The notes: a model not told the origin generated them from the letters alone. 64,000 bases of DNA from an uncultured Verrucomicrobiae bacterium (GCA_963837955.1 CAWIPH010000002.1:768001-832000); one strand, 5' to 3'. Counted from the stretch's first letter, positions 9,819 through 20,159 are shown. Made by a program: numbers and translations.

Positions 9819-12281
9819 TCAATTCTCATACGTAGCCAGGTGCGGAGAACGTTTGACCTGGCTGGGAAAGAGGACCGCTTTGTCGCCAGGATACGGCGTG
9901 TTGAATTCTTTGCTGGCGTACCAGATGGCGCGGTTCAGGAGTTCCGGATCTTGGGAATCGGCTTTTGGCGGCCGAGCGAACATTGCCCCAGACTGTCTTT
10001 GCCAGGCCAGTTGAATCTTGCTGGTCGTAGCGGTTATCCCACGCGTGAGATGGTTCAGCGGAATGTTGTTCGGCAGAGCGCTATATGGCGTGTAGTTCGG
10101 AGAATTGGTGAAGACCGAACGCATTGGCGGAGTCACCAGGTCGTGTTGGTTCATCGGAGGCAGCCCGAGAATCTGTTCAATGGTCCGGAGCATGCTGACC
10201 TGATTGTAGTAGGTGCTGTCTACCGTGCTCCGTTTGACGAACGGGCCGATGACATAACCCTCGGTCCGATGGCCATCCACATGATCTACACCGTCCTGAG
10301 CATCGTCTTCCGTGACAAAGATCACGCTATCTTTCCAATAGGGACTGTGACTGATTGCATCCACGACACGGCCGAGCGCCAGATCATTGTCCGCGACCTG
10401 AGCAGCCGGTGTCGGGAACCCGACAGAAAGTCCGCTGGTGTGATCGTCGCAAAGCCACAAGTAGACCAGCGTCGGCAAGTTCGCATTGGCGACGTACTGG
10501 TTGAACTCCATCAGAAAGATGTCGACCCGGTATTGATCGGGGATCTCGGTGTCGAACGGGGGATAATTAATACAGAGATTGTTTTGAATAATCGGAACAT
10601 CAGAGACGCCGGGGAACGTACCGAGGGGGCAGTGTAATTTTCCGGTCTTTTTTCCTTCCAGGATCAGCGAATCGTTGTACCAGGAGGTCCAATCACCGTA
10701 GAGATTGTTGGGCCCGTTGCCTTCGTAAGCGTATTCTCCGTAAACTCGGAGCGTGCCGCCGTGGTCGACCAGGTTCTGCCAGAGAAAGCCTGATGAAGCG
10801 TACGCCAGCGCATCGCCGCCGGCGGAAGGATAGCTCCGGGCATTGGTGTTCAACTCTTTTTCTAAATAATCCGGAGCTAGAGCTTGGTTGAGCCATTGAT
10901 GGCCGTCCGCCGAGTTCAAGGAAGGCGCGTAGAAGTTGTCGAGCAACACGAATTGCTGCTCCAACGCGTGTGAGTTCGGAGTAACATGCTTGCCGAACTG
11001 GGTGAACCTTGGATCGCCGTTTCCGCGTTTTTCATCGCCAACTATCTGATCGTAGGTGCGATTCTCTTTGACGATATAGAACACGTGTTTGATCGGTGAA
11101 GCGCCGCCGAGGTGATTAGGGATCGGGATAGAGCCATCTCCCACGACGGGGCTTTCGCTGGTTTGGCCTTTCAGGAACGAATTATTCTGGATGACAGTGT
11201 GAGTATAGGCTGCCAATTGCTGAGCATTTGGAATGTCGACTTGAGTAACCACACTGTACGTGCTGATTTCAGCTGGACCCGTTTTGTTGGTCGCCGGATC
11301 GGGGCCTTTGGTGAGATCTGGTCCTTTAAGCCCGATGCCGCGTACGTTCGACACCAGGATCTGGCTGTGTACCTTGTCGATGGCAATGAAGCCCGGGTAC
11401 CAACCGGTGGGGATCAATCCATCCAGCACAGGAGCAGTCGTCAAGTTCCCGGCGTCGAACGCGTAGAGCGCGAGCGCGTTGTTGCCGCCGAGGCTCACGA
11501 TGAGCCGGCCGTCTTCCAGGAAATTGATATCGTTTGGCTGGCTCCCGTAAACCACGCCCGGAAAGAGCGGGAATGTGTAAACGAGTGTTCCCGTCTTTGT
11601 ATTGATTGCGCTGATCGTGTCACTGTTGGTGTTCGCGACAAAGAGCACACTGTCATGCAGAACCAGCGCAGTCGGCTCGAAGCCAACTTGCACGGTGTAC
11701 TTGATCGTTCCTGTTTGAAGATCTACGCCGGAAACTGAGCCCGTGCTGGCGGCGCCGGTCGCCGGGTTCACCAGGATGTTCGTACCGTCAGAAGAATTGG
11801 TGGGATCGTTGCCGGTCGGCACCAGCCCTCCTTCGTTTGTCACCCAGACCGTGTTTCCTTCCAATGCTACGCCATAAGGCGCGTTACCGACGAACGGACG
11901 CATCTGTTGAAGCACGGTGCCTTTGGCCAGATCGATGATCACAATCGATCCGGTGGCGAACCCGGTATTGCCATCGCCGTTGATGACGACAGCCGTTTTG
12001 TGATCGGGCCGAATCGCGATAACCCCGGGACGCCCGAGAAACGTGATTTGGCGGCCCGCGGGGAGGATGACCTGTGAATCAGGCAACACGACGGAATCAT
12101 CTTTTTGGAGACCAACCTTGGCGTTGGGCGGGACGGGGGACTGATCTGCGTGAAGCGCGGAAGAATAGAGAGCACCAGTAATCAACCACGCAATCAGAAG
12201 TTGTCTGCGTCTCCTCCCGGACCATCTTAATGGAGAGAATAACATAAATATTGTATGTTTAACTTTTGGCAGGGGGATCAT
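9819..12281 (-). CDS. Secreted YncE/YVTN beta-propeller + phosphoesterase (alkaline-phosphatase superfamily) protein
   Basis: YVTN-like blades followed by IKHVFYIVKENRTYDQ, LLDNFY, SADGHQW, DDHTSG and EDDAQDGVDHVDGHR motifs. Confidence 0.85.
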   Translation of the reverse strand: MIPLPKVKHTIFMLFSPLRWSGRRRRQLLIAWLITGALYSSALHADQSPVPPNAKVGLQKDDSVVLPDSQVILPAGRQITFLGRPGVIAIRPDHKTAVVINGDGNTGFATGSIVIIDLAKGTVLQQMRPFVGNAPYGVALEGNTVWVTNEGGLVPTGNDPTNSSDGTNILVNPATGAASTGSVSGVDLQTGTIKYTVQVGFEPTALVLHDSVLFVANTNSDTISAINTKTGTLVYTFPLFPGVVYGSQPNDINFLEDGRLIVSLGGNNALALYAFDAGNLTTAPVLDGLIPTGWYPGFIAIDKVHSQILVSNVRGIGLKGPDLTKGPDPATNKTGPAEISTYSVVTQVDIPNAQQLAAYTHTVIQNNSFLKGQTSESPVVGDGSIPIPNHLGGASPIKHVFYIVKENRTYDQIVGDEKRGNGDPRFTQFGKHVTPNSHALEQQFVLLDNFYAPSLNSADGHQWLNQALAPDYLEKELNTNARSYPSAGGDALAYASSGFLWQNLVDHGGTLRVYGEYAYEGNGPNNLYGDWTSWYNDSLILEGKKTGKLHCPLGTFPGVSDVPIIQNNLCINYPPFDTEIPDQYRVDIFLMEFNQYVANANLPTLVYLWLCDDHTSGLSVGFPTPAAQVADNDLALGRVVDAISHSPYWKDSVIFVTEDDAQDGVDHVDGHRTEGYVIGPFVKRSTVDSTYYNQVSMLRTIEQILGLPPMNQHDLVTPPMRSVFTNSPNYTPYSALPNNIPLNHLTRGITATTSKIQLAWQRQSGAMFARPPKADSQDPELLNRAIWYASKEFNTPYPGDKAVLFPSQVKRSPHLATYEN

Positions 12282-12838
12282 TTGCCAAGCCCAAGGCAGA
12301 CCTCCTTGTACCGCCTGGGCAGGCGCCTAATCTCGTGAGACGAATTGCCGGGAACAAGTTTGCCATTGTGAAAATTCCGACACAGAACCACAGATCGCTC
12401 ACCGTTAGCAAAGTAGTAAGCAACGAACGCGCCGGAATTGGAAAACGGAGATCACAGCGACGCTGTGGCTGATCAAACGTCTGATTAGAAGGTTGCTTGT
12501 CACAGGGCTTGTTGCCCAATGAGAGGAAGAACTCGCGCCAAGACCCCACCCATAACGCTTCGCATAGGATGCGGGCGTGGTGTCAAGGCGCAAAGGTAAG
12601 GGACTATTCTTGTTAACCTGTGTCGGTCTTGGGTCGAAAGGTCTTTGTGAGCTTTGCGGTCCTATGTGAAGAAAATCGGGCGAGGGGTGAACGGCATCTG
12701 CAGGCCGTCGATGCAAAGGAGTAGGAGAATTTTAAAACGCAGCAATGAGGGACGTGTCATTCGATGTCCTTCGAGCTCGAGCCTCTATGCACCATCGCCT
12801 GGGCTGGCCATCCCCCGAAGCCGTCAGGGCCGCTTCGA

Positions 12839-13525
12839 TTACTTGCTCGTGGAATCGACCGGGATCTCGGAGCCGCTGCCGGCCGCGGAGCCTCGCCTGG
12901 GTCGGCGGACGGTTCTCACCTTTCCGCTGCTGCCGCCTCCGCAGAAGAACTGTTCGCCGCCGTCCGACTCGAGCCCCGACACGCCTACTCCGGGCGGCAT
13001 CTCGAGACTCTCCAGGACCTCTCCCGTTCGAGGATCGACTCGCCTCAAATCGCTCTCGTCACCTTCCCAGGTGCCGTGCCAGAGCTCTCCGTCGATCCAG
13101 GTGACCCCGGTGACGAAGCGGCTGGTCTCGATGATGCGAAGAATGGCCCCGGTTTGGGGATCGACTTGATAAATCTTCCTGTCCTCATACTGCCCCACCC
13201 AGAGCGTCCCTTCGGCCCACGCGAGCCCCGAGTGACCGCCGCCGGCGGGCGCCGGGATCGTGGCGAGCACGCGGCCGGTCTTCGGATCGATCTTCTGGAT
13301 GCGACCCTCGGCGATCTGAAACAGGTGCTGGCCGTCGAAGGCCGTTCCTGCATACGCGGGGACATCAATCGAGCGCATTGTCTTCCCGCTTGCCGGATCC
13401 AAAGCGTGCAGCTTGTCTTCGGCCGCAAACCAGACTAGATGACGGTCATACGTGACCCCATTCACGCGGTCGACACCCGGAAAGGGTCCATACTCACGGA
13501 CGATTTCAGCCGCTGATCGATTCAT
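12839..13525 (-). CDS. Glutamine-cyclotransferase-like small beta-propeller protein
   Basis: Repeated GVTYD, GTAFDG, SGLAWAEG, TGVTWIDG and SGLESDG blades; coupled to the upstream HTH gene. Confidence 0.7.
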   Translation of the reverse strand: MNRSAAEIVREYGPFPGVDRVNGVTYDRHLVWFAAEDKLHALDPASGKTMRSIDVPAYAGTAFDGQHLFQIAEGRIQKIDPKTGRVLATIPAPAGGGHSGLAWAEGTLWVGQYEDRKIYQVDPQTGAILRIIETSRFVTGVTWIDGELWHGTWEGDESDLRRVDPRTGEVLESLEMPPGVGVSGLESDGGEQFFCGGGSSGKVRTVRRPRRGSAAGSGSEIPVDSTSK

Positions 13526-13534
13526 GCTTCCATT

Positions 13535-14755
13535 CTAGTCAATCGGTAGTGGAGTGGAGAGTAACAAGGTCGTCGTGAATCCCGGCATAGGCGGGGTCAT
13601 CCAACGAAGAGCTCGCGCGCGACCAAACGACTCCACCTTACCTGCAGCCGCAAGCGAGTCCAATGCCCGTTGCACGGTGCGCTGGCTGGCTCCAAGCGCA
13701 AGCGCCAGAGCCGAGCTCGACCACGACTCACCATCGGCGAGGAATGCGAGCACCGCCGCATGCTGTTCTTCGACGGGCCGCGCCAGTACGACGACCTCGC
13801 GTGCGCGGCGTGGCACCAACGCAAACCCTCGCTTCGTCGCGTTCACGCCGGCAAGGGTTCGAAGCACCTTGCGAAGCCGCCCGACTTCAACTCGCAACCG
13901 CGCGCGATGCGATTCATCGACGCGCTTCGCTTCGAATGCCCGCGCGAGGAGCGTGGCCCTCGGCACGTCTCCGGGCCACGCTTCACCCAGCGCACGTGCG
14001 AGCGCGAACAATACCGGACGCCTTGCGAGCGAGACCACCGTGCGTGCGTCACGTACGACATAACGGCACGCGTCGACGACCAGCGCCTTTGACGCCAGCA
14101 ACGCTTCAACCTCCTCGAGCAAGAGGAGTCTCTCATCGCCACGAACAATCAGGCGCGCTGCGGGCGTGTTCAGGACGACGGATGCACTTTCGACCTCCGC
14201 TGTCAGCGCAGGAATACCTGCGTGGTGCGCGGCGCGCTCGGCCCGAGCGAGCGCAGCCCTCGCCGTTTTCGTCCGAAGGCGTCGCATCGCAATCCCCGCA
14301 ACGACCAGCTCGTGGGCCGCCCTCGACGCGGGCGGAAAAGGCGCGGGATCGAGCTCGGCCAGCGTACGCTCGGCCTGGTCGAGCCGCCCGATCAGGAGGA
14401 GGCGCCGGACCTCGAGATACCGCGCATGCGCGGCGTTCACCCGGTCCCCGTGCTCTTCGAGCGTCGCCCGGGCTGCGTCGAGCGCCTGAGCAGGCCAGCT
14501 CAGGTCGCGCGAGACGAGCGCGATCTCGGCCTCGGCGACGACACACCTCGCGCGGGCCACGGCTTCTTTAGGACCGAAAGCGCGCACCGCTCTTCGCAAG
14601 AGAGCTTTCGCTCGAACCAGATCGCCGAGCCGCGCCATGGCGATGCCTCGCAGCGCGAGCGCAGGCGCATCGTCGCGCAAGGCGACAAGGTTCAGGGCGC
14701 CGAGGGGATCACCCGCCGCGAGCGCATGCGCCGCGGCCGTGATTAGCGAGTCCAT
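13535..14755 (-). CDS. Helix-turn-helix domain protein (TPR-like N-terminus, C-terminal HTH)
   Basis: Starts MDSLITAAAHALAAGDPLGAL; C-terminal WSSSALALALGASQRTVQRALDSL HTH. Confidence 0.75.
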   Translation of the reverse strand: MDSLITAAAHALAAGDPLGALNLVALRDDAPALALRGIAMARLGDLVRAKALLRRAVRAFGPKEAVARARCVVAEAEIALVSRDLSWPAQALDAARATLEEHGDRVNAAHARYLEVRRLLLIGRLDQAERTLAELDPAPFPPASRAAHELVVAGIAMRRLRTKTARAALARAERAAHHAGIPALTAEVESASVVLNTPAARLIVRGDERLLLLEEVEALLASKALVVDACRYVVRDARTVVSLARRPVLFALARALGEAWPGDVPRATLLARAFEAKRVDESHRARLRVEVGRLRKVLRTLAGVNATKRGFALVPRRAREVVVLARPVEEQHAAVLAFLADGESWSSSALALALGASQRTVQRALDSLAAAGKVESFGRARALRWMTPPMPGFTTTLLLSTPLPID

Positions 14756-14851
14756 CTGAATCCCGCCACACTTGTCACTCCCACTGTTCAATGCCCGATA
14801 CTAATCTGTCTCACGACCACCAACCAGCACGTATCGAGCTGCGACTAATAT

Positions 14852-15304
14852 ATGACCACAATAACCACACCCTTCTCAGGCGGATGCGCTTGCGGCGCGA
14901 TTCGCTACGAATCCACAGCAGGACCGCTTATGATGGTTCACTGTCACTGTCGAGATTGCCAGCAATCCAGCGGAGGCACGTTTTCGTCTTTCGTCATCGT
15001 GCCGACGGAAGCTTTCAAGCTCTTGCAAGGCTCACTACGCTTCCATCCCTCGCCCAGTCAGATGGGTGGCAAGACCCATCGGGGCTTTTGTCCTGAATGC
15101 GGATCGCCGATTCAGGCCAAGCCCGACTCGACCCCTCACATTATCGCGATCAGAACTGCGAGCTTGGATGATCCGAGCTGGTTCAATCCGCAAGTAGATG
15201 TGTGGACATCAGACGCGCAACCGTGGGACCAAATGAATCCCGCGTTGCCAAAGTTTGAAAAGTATCCTCCGGTTGGAGATTCAGCAGACCCGGCCGCACC
15301 TTAA
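14852..15304 (+). CDS. GFA (glutathione-dependent formaldehyde-activating/CENP-V) family protein
   Basis: GGCACGAIRY, CHCRDCQ and FCPECGS zinc-binding motifs. Confidence 0.9.
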   Translation: MTTITTPFSGGCACGAIRYESTAGPLMMVHCHCRDCQQSSGGTFSSFVIVPTEAFKLLQGSLRFHPSPSQMGGKTHRGFCPECGSPIQAKPDSTPHIIAIRTASLDDPSWFNPQVDVWTSDAQPWDQMNPALPKFEKYPPVGDSADPAAP

Positions 15305-15416
15305 CAAGGTAACAATGTCGTTTTCGGCAGAACAGCACACAGCATCTCGAAAACAGTGAAAAAAAGTAACTTTGAGTTGAGTTAACTACAACCTAAACAA
15401 CACATCAGAAAATAGT

Positions 15417-16166
15417 ATGGTCAAAACAGGTCTAGACACCCATAAGAGAGTCTCCCAAGACGAATGGCTTGAGGAGCGAAAGCATTTACTAACTCAAGAA
15501 AAAGAGTTCACTCGGCTTAGGGATCGATTGAGCCAACAGCGAAGGGAACTGCCCTGGGTTAAGGTGGAGAAGAATTATGTCTTTGAAGGACCGCGTGGAA
15601 AGGAGACCCTGGCGGATCTCTTCGAAGGAAGAAGCCAACTAGTGGTGTATCACTTCATGTTCGCGCCGGATTGGGAGGAAGGGTGCCGCAGTTGTTCGTT
15701 TTGGGCCGACGGTTTCAATGCGATTGGTGTGCATGTTAATCATCGTGATGTCACGATGGTGGCGATCTCGCGCGCTCCGATTGAAAAGCTGAAAGCGTTT
15801 AAACGGCGGATGGGTTGGAATTTCAAGTGGCTGTCATCTGGCAACAACGATTTCAACTATGACTATCAGGTGTCGTTTACTCCAGAAGCACTCGAGAGCG
15901 AGGTCGAGTACAACTACGCTAAACGCAAGACCGACATGTCGGATTTGCCGGGAGTGAGCGTTTTCTATCAGGACAGCGAAGGCAACATCTTCCACACCTA
16001 TTCGGCGTATTCTCGGGGTATCGACATACTGAATCCCGCTTACAACTATCTCGATCTAGTGCCCAAGGGCCGTGATGAAGCTGAATTAGAATGGCCGATG
16101 GCCTGGCTGCGATATCACGACCAATACGAGGATAAAAGCGGCAACACCAAGAGAGAAGCGCGATGA
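15417..16166 (+). CDS. DUF899 family thioredoxin-like protein, copy 1
   Basis: RRELPWVKVEKNYVF, LFEGRSQLVVYHFMF, CRSC, YLDLVPKGRDE. Confidence 0.85.
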   Translation: MVKTGLDTHKRVSQDEWLEERKHLLTQEKEFTRLRDRLSQQRRELPWVKVEKNYVFEGPRGKETLADLFEGRSQLVVYHFMFAPDWEEGCRSCSFWADGFNAIGVHVNHRDVTMVAISRAPIEKLKAFKRRMGWNFKWLSSGNNDFNYDYQVSFTPEALESEVEYNYAKRKTDMSDLPGVSVFYQDSEGNIFHTYSAYSRGIDILNPAYNYLDLVPKGRDEAELEWPMAWLRYHDQYEDKSGNTKREAR

Positions 16167-16933
16167 CGACACACATGACCGGGACACGTGAAGAGTGGCT
16201 GGGAGCGAGGCTCGAGCTGCTCGAGGCGGAGAAAGAGCTAACCCGGCGCAGCGACGAGCTGGCGCGGCGGCGGCAGGAGCTGCCGTGGGTCCGAGTCGAT
16301 AAGGAGTATCGATTCGAGACCGAGGAAGGGAGCGTCTCGCTGGCAGACCTCTTCAGAGGGCGCTCGCAGCTCCTCGTCTACCACTACATGTTCGGGCCCA
16401 ACTACACGGCGGGGTGTGCGACCTGCTCGACGATCGCGGACGGGTTCGACGGCTTCGTCGTCCACCTGGCGAACCACGACGTCACGCTTTCGGCGGTGTC
16501 GCGGGCGCCGCTCGCCAAGCTGCAGGCGTACAAGCGGCGGATGGGCTGGAGGTTCCCCTGGGCGTCCTCGCTCGGCAACGACTTCAACTTCGACTTCAAC
16601 GTCTCGTTCACCGAGGAGCAACAGCGCGAGGGGGGCATCGAATACAACTACCGGCGCGGCGGCCACGCGATGGACGCGACATCGGTCCCGGAGCCCGTCG
16701 CCGACAACGCGGCCATGACCGGAACCGACGCGGCCACGTACTCGCGCGAGAGGCCGGGCATGAGCGCGTTTGTGCTCGAGGACGGCGTCGTCTACCACAC
16801 CTATTCCACCTATGCGCGGGGACTGGACGGCCTCTGGGGCATGTACCAGTGGCTCGACCGTGCCCCTAAAGGACGCAATGAGACAGAGACAGGCGTCTGG
16901 TGGCGCCGCCATGACGAGTATGACAAGCGCTGA
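16163..16933 (+). CDS. DUF899 family thioredoxin-like protein, copy 2
   Basis: RRQELPWVRVDKEYRF, LFRGRSQLLVYHYMF, CATC, WLDRAPKGRNE; ATGA overlap with copy 1. Confidence 0.85.
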   Translation: MTTHMTGTREEWLGARLELLEAEKELTRRSDELARRRQELPWVRVDKEYRFETEEGSVSLADLFRGRSQLLVYHYMFGPNYTAGCATCSTIADGFDGFVVHLANHDVTLSAVSRAPLAKLQAYKRRMGWRFPWASSLGNDFNFDFNVSFTEEQQREGGIEYNYRRGGHAMDATSVPEPVADNAAMTGTDAATYSRERPGMSAFVLEDGVVYHTYSTYARGLDGLWGMYQWLDRAPKGRNETETGVWWRRHDEYDKR

Positions 16934-17765
16934 GCAAGTTGTGGGTGTCGTTGGCGCAACCGGGCGAGGGGAGATCTCACGACGAATGTTTTCCGAGCGA
17001 GCCTTCTTCGGCGTCTCAGCGCTGCTCTTCGCCGCCAGCGCGGCGGTGACGATCGTCTGGTGCGCGTCCATGTCGGCGATGGGTGAGATGCCGATGCCCG
17101 GCGGCTGGACGATGTCGATGGCATGGATGCGGATGCCCGGACAGACGTGGCCCGGCGTCGCGGCGTCGTTCCTCGGCATGTGGGTCGTGATGATGGTAGC
17201 GATGATGCTGCCATCCTTGGTGCCAATGCTGTGGCGCTACCGCGAGGCCGTCGGCAGGACAGGCGAGACGCGCCTGGGTCTGCTGACCGCGCTGGTGGTC
17301 GCGGGATATTTCTTCGTGTGGACCGCATTCGGAATGGCCGCCTTTCCCCTGGGCGTCGCGTTGGCGGCGGTCGAGATGCAGCTGCCGGCGCTGGCGCGCG
17401 CAGTTCCGATCGCGATCGGTGCGGTCGTCCTGATCGCCGGCGCCCTCCAGTTCACCGCGTGGAAGGCACATCACCTTGCCTGCTGCCGGGAGGCACCGGG
17501 GCGCGGCCGTACGTTGCCGCCGGACACCGGAACAGCTTGGCGACACGGCCTGCGCCTTGGCCTGCACTGTAGCTGCTGCTGTGCCGGCCTGACGGCGATT
17601 CTCCTCGTCATCGGTGTCATGGACTTGCGCACGATGGCTGTCGTAGCGGCAGCCATCACCGTCGAACGTCTCGCACCGGCCGGTGAGCGCCTCGCGCGAG
17701 CCATCGGAGTCGTCATCGTCGGGTCCGGGTTGTTCCTGATCGCGCGAGCAGCCGGGCTCGGATGA
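16920..17765 (+). CDS. DUF2182 predicted metal-binding integral membrane protein
   Basis: Met-rich N-terminus, MWVVMMVAMMLPS, QFTAWKAHHLACC, GLHCSCCC; start approximate. Confidence 0.8.
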   Translation: MTSAEQVVGVVGATGRGEISRRMFSERAFFGVSALLFAASAAVTIVWCASMSAMGEMPMPGGWTMSMAWMRMPGQTWPGVAASFLGMWVVMMVAMMLPSLVPMLWRYREAVGRTGETRLGLLTALVVAGYFFVWTAFGMAAFPLGVALAAVEMQLPALARAVPIAIGAVVLIAGALQFTAWKAHHLACCREAPGRGRTLPPDTGTAWRHGLRLGLHCSCCCAGLTAILLVIGVMDLRTMAVVAAAITVERLAPAGERLARAIGVVIVGSGLFLIARAAGLG

Positions 17766-18011
17766 CGCATCCCGCGTGGTGCGCCTGAACTTCGCCCACC
17801 GTGCGAGCCTGGGATCATAAGGCCGCAATTAGCAAGTCTTTGATTGCTCTGGTTGGACGCGGGTTCGCCGACCGGTCGGACATCGCCTTGCAACGTTTCA
17901 ACCTCCAGTCTTGGTCTGAGATCGGATAACGGATGCCCAAATAGCAGCCCCAGTTTCTTCTTCGAAGAGATATATCGCTGGAGGCGCCGCTGCGTGGTCA
18001 CGCTCACTCGA

Positions 18012-20159
18012 TCAAGAGTACGATTTGGTAGGCTGTACCGCCATCACCCTGACCTCGTCAGTCATAATCAGCCCTTCTTCGCAGACCAAAGCGATTCCAC
18101 CGTCGAGCAGCGCTATGTCGGGATCGTTATAGCGAATCAATTCAGTTCCATTGATCGAACCGATGAACCTGTCTCCGTTCACTTCGAGGTTAAAATCGAA
18201 CCGCTGCGACCAGTTCCACTTGTACGGAATCTCTGCCAACACCTGGACTCCATCGTAGTTTCGGACCAGTTGCAACACCTGATTCGGTCCAAGGAGGAGG
18301 GCATAATATCGGGTCAGACCTTGGACCCGGGCGGCTAGCCCGAAGGACTTGGCTGGATCTGAGATGATCGCAGCATGCACCGTGTAATTCTGCCAGTCGC
18401 GTGATCCTTGAATGAATAAGCCGGTGCCGCGGTTCTGGGATAAATGGAAGGCGGATGCCCATCGTGTACCCACGTGATCAACCGCATTGATCCAAGCTCG
18501 CAGCCACATTTTCCCGCTGTTATCCGGACGTCGAAACACTGTGGTAGGAGTTCCAGACCAATCGATGTAGTCGATATACAACTGGCCATTGGCGGTGCTG
18601 TCCGAACTAACCTCGAGCCCAAACTGGGCGACGGATGCGCCGTTCAGATCCTCAATTTGCCATTGGAAATCTTGGGCGATACCGGGATTGAGCGTTAACG
18701 CGGATCCGTGGTGATAGTAAAGTTCGTCGTTAGTTCCATAGTAGGCGACGAACGGGGCGACCCGAACCGGTGCAGAATTGTCGACGCCGGCGATAAGCCG
18801 TCCTTTAACGATATTGCCTGTGTAAAGCGTTGGGCATGCCATTAGCGAGTAGTGACTGGCATCTTTTGAATCAGGCGGGATGAAGGTCGGAGTGGAGATC
18901 CTGACCGGTTCGTCGCCCGGCAAAAATTTGAAATCAAGGACGAGGCAACGTTTATCGGTAGAGGTTTCGGGGTCGCGTCCTCCTTCGCTAAAGCTACGGA
19001 GGACAAGCGTGGTGCCCACCCCAGGGGTGCCCGGCTCAACCTGGAATCCTTGGAGTGAGCCCGGGAGCGCGAAATGAAAACGGGCGCCATCTTTCGGTAT
19101 CGGTACGGGCGGCGCTTGTCCTAGCTGGTGTGCCACTCGGCAAATCTCGTAGGTCTCACGGACTGCGTCAGTGATACAACGGCCGCCGTCGGCCGTAGAA
19201 AGATAAAGCCGGTCAGCAACGGGTGTCCGGAGCTTTGGGTCGATGGCAGACAAACCGTTTTTTATCCCCATGAGACAACCGACATTGCCAGAGTTACAGT
19301 CGGTGTCCCAACCGGCTGTGTTAGCGACCATGAGAGCACGGCTAAAGTCGTCCTCAGAGTAAAGTAGGCTGAGAATGATGATGGCGTGATTCGGTATGGT
19401 GTGACAGTTCCCTGGGAATTTATCGTATCCGTATTTTTGCTCGATCCGGTCCCGGGTCACCTGCCAATTTCCATCTGTCCGATACCAATTGCGGATATCG
19501 TTGACCAGCTGTGTGATTAGGCAATCCGGAGGAAGATAGGAGAGCCCGGTCTCCATGAGCTGATCGATCCGTTGTTCGGTGAACGCTTGTGCTTCCATTG
19601 CTGCCACAAGTTGAGCGGCATATATCGCTTCACCGTCATGACTCACCGAGGCCGCTTTTCGGGCCAGTGCTACCGCCAGCGCAGGGTTACCAGGAGCAAC
19701 CAACGCCCAGCCGTCGATAAAGATTTGGGCGCCGATCTGTTCCGCCACGGTTTTGCCGTTGGTAGCAATGGCGCCGCTCATCGGCGCCGGAATTCCGTTC
19801 TTCAATCGGAGAAACGCGGTGTGCTCCGTTGAATTCCCTATGCCGCCCCACCAGAGAATACTTCGGTCTTCGACGATGTAATTCAGCCACGTTAATCCTA
19901 TTTGCGCCGGTGTTAGGTCCGCGGTACCTCCGTGATCGGGTAAGGCGCGTAGGAAGGTGAATGTGCCCGATATATCATCATCGGCGACTATCAAAGGCAC
20001 ACCGAACCGCTCGTGCACATAATCCCAGATTTCGCCTAGTTCTGATAAAATCCGGTGATGGGTCCAGCCTTCAAAAGGGCGCCCCAGATAAACACCAATG
20101 ATTTTGCCGAGCACACCGGCATAGACGCGTTCGAGGTAATCGGTGGGAGTAGACATCAT
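18012..20159 (-). CDS. ADP-ribosylglycohydrolase family protein with a long beta-rich C-terminal extension
   Basis: True start at MMSTPTDYLERVYAG (GAGGA upstream). ADDDISGT, SHDGEA and GWDTDCNSG metal-binding motifs. Confidence 0.85.
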   Translation of the reverse strand: MMSTPTDYLERVYAGVLGKIIGVYLGRPFEGWTHHRILSELGEIWDYVHERFGVPLIVADDDISGTFTFLRALPDHGGTADLTPAQIGLTWLNYIVEDRSILWWGGIGNSTEHTAFLRLKNGIPAPMSGAIATNGKTVAEQIGAQIFIDGWALVAPGNPALAVALARKAASVSHDGEAIYAAQLVAAMEAQAFTEQRIDQLMETGLSYLPPDCLITQLVNDIRNWYRTDGNWQVTRDRIEQKYGYDKFPGNCHTIPNHAIIILSLLYSEDDFSRALMVANTAGWDTDCNSGNVGCLMGIKNGLSAIDPKLRTPVADRLYLSTADGGRCITDAVRETYEICRVAHQLGQAPPVPIPKDGARFHFALPGSLQGFQVEPGTPGVGTTLVLRSFSEGGRDPETSTDKRCLVLDFKFLPGDEPVRISTPTFIPPDSKDASHYSLMACPTLYTGNIVKGRLIAGVDNSAPVRVAPFVAYYGTNDELYYHHGSALTLNPGIAQDFQWQIEDLNGASVAQFGLEVSSDSTANGQLYIDYIDWSGTPTTVFRRPDNSGKMWLRAWINAVDHVGTRWASAFHLSQNRGTGLFIQGSRDWQNYTVHAAIISDPAKSFGLAARVQGLTRYYALLLGPNQVLQLVRNYDGVQVLAEIPYKWNWSQRFDFNLEVNGDRFIGSINGTELIRYNDPDIALLDGGIALVCEEGLIMTDEVRVMAVQPTKSYS

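Noticed and set aside
12654..14746. Several long overlapping + strand ORFs (e.g. 12764-13438, 13663-14571)
   Set aside because: They are antisense or alternative-frame ORFs expected in very GC-rich coding DNA. Only the short CobW-like peptide was kept, as a finding.
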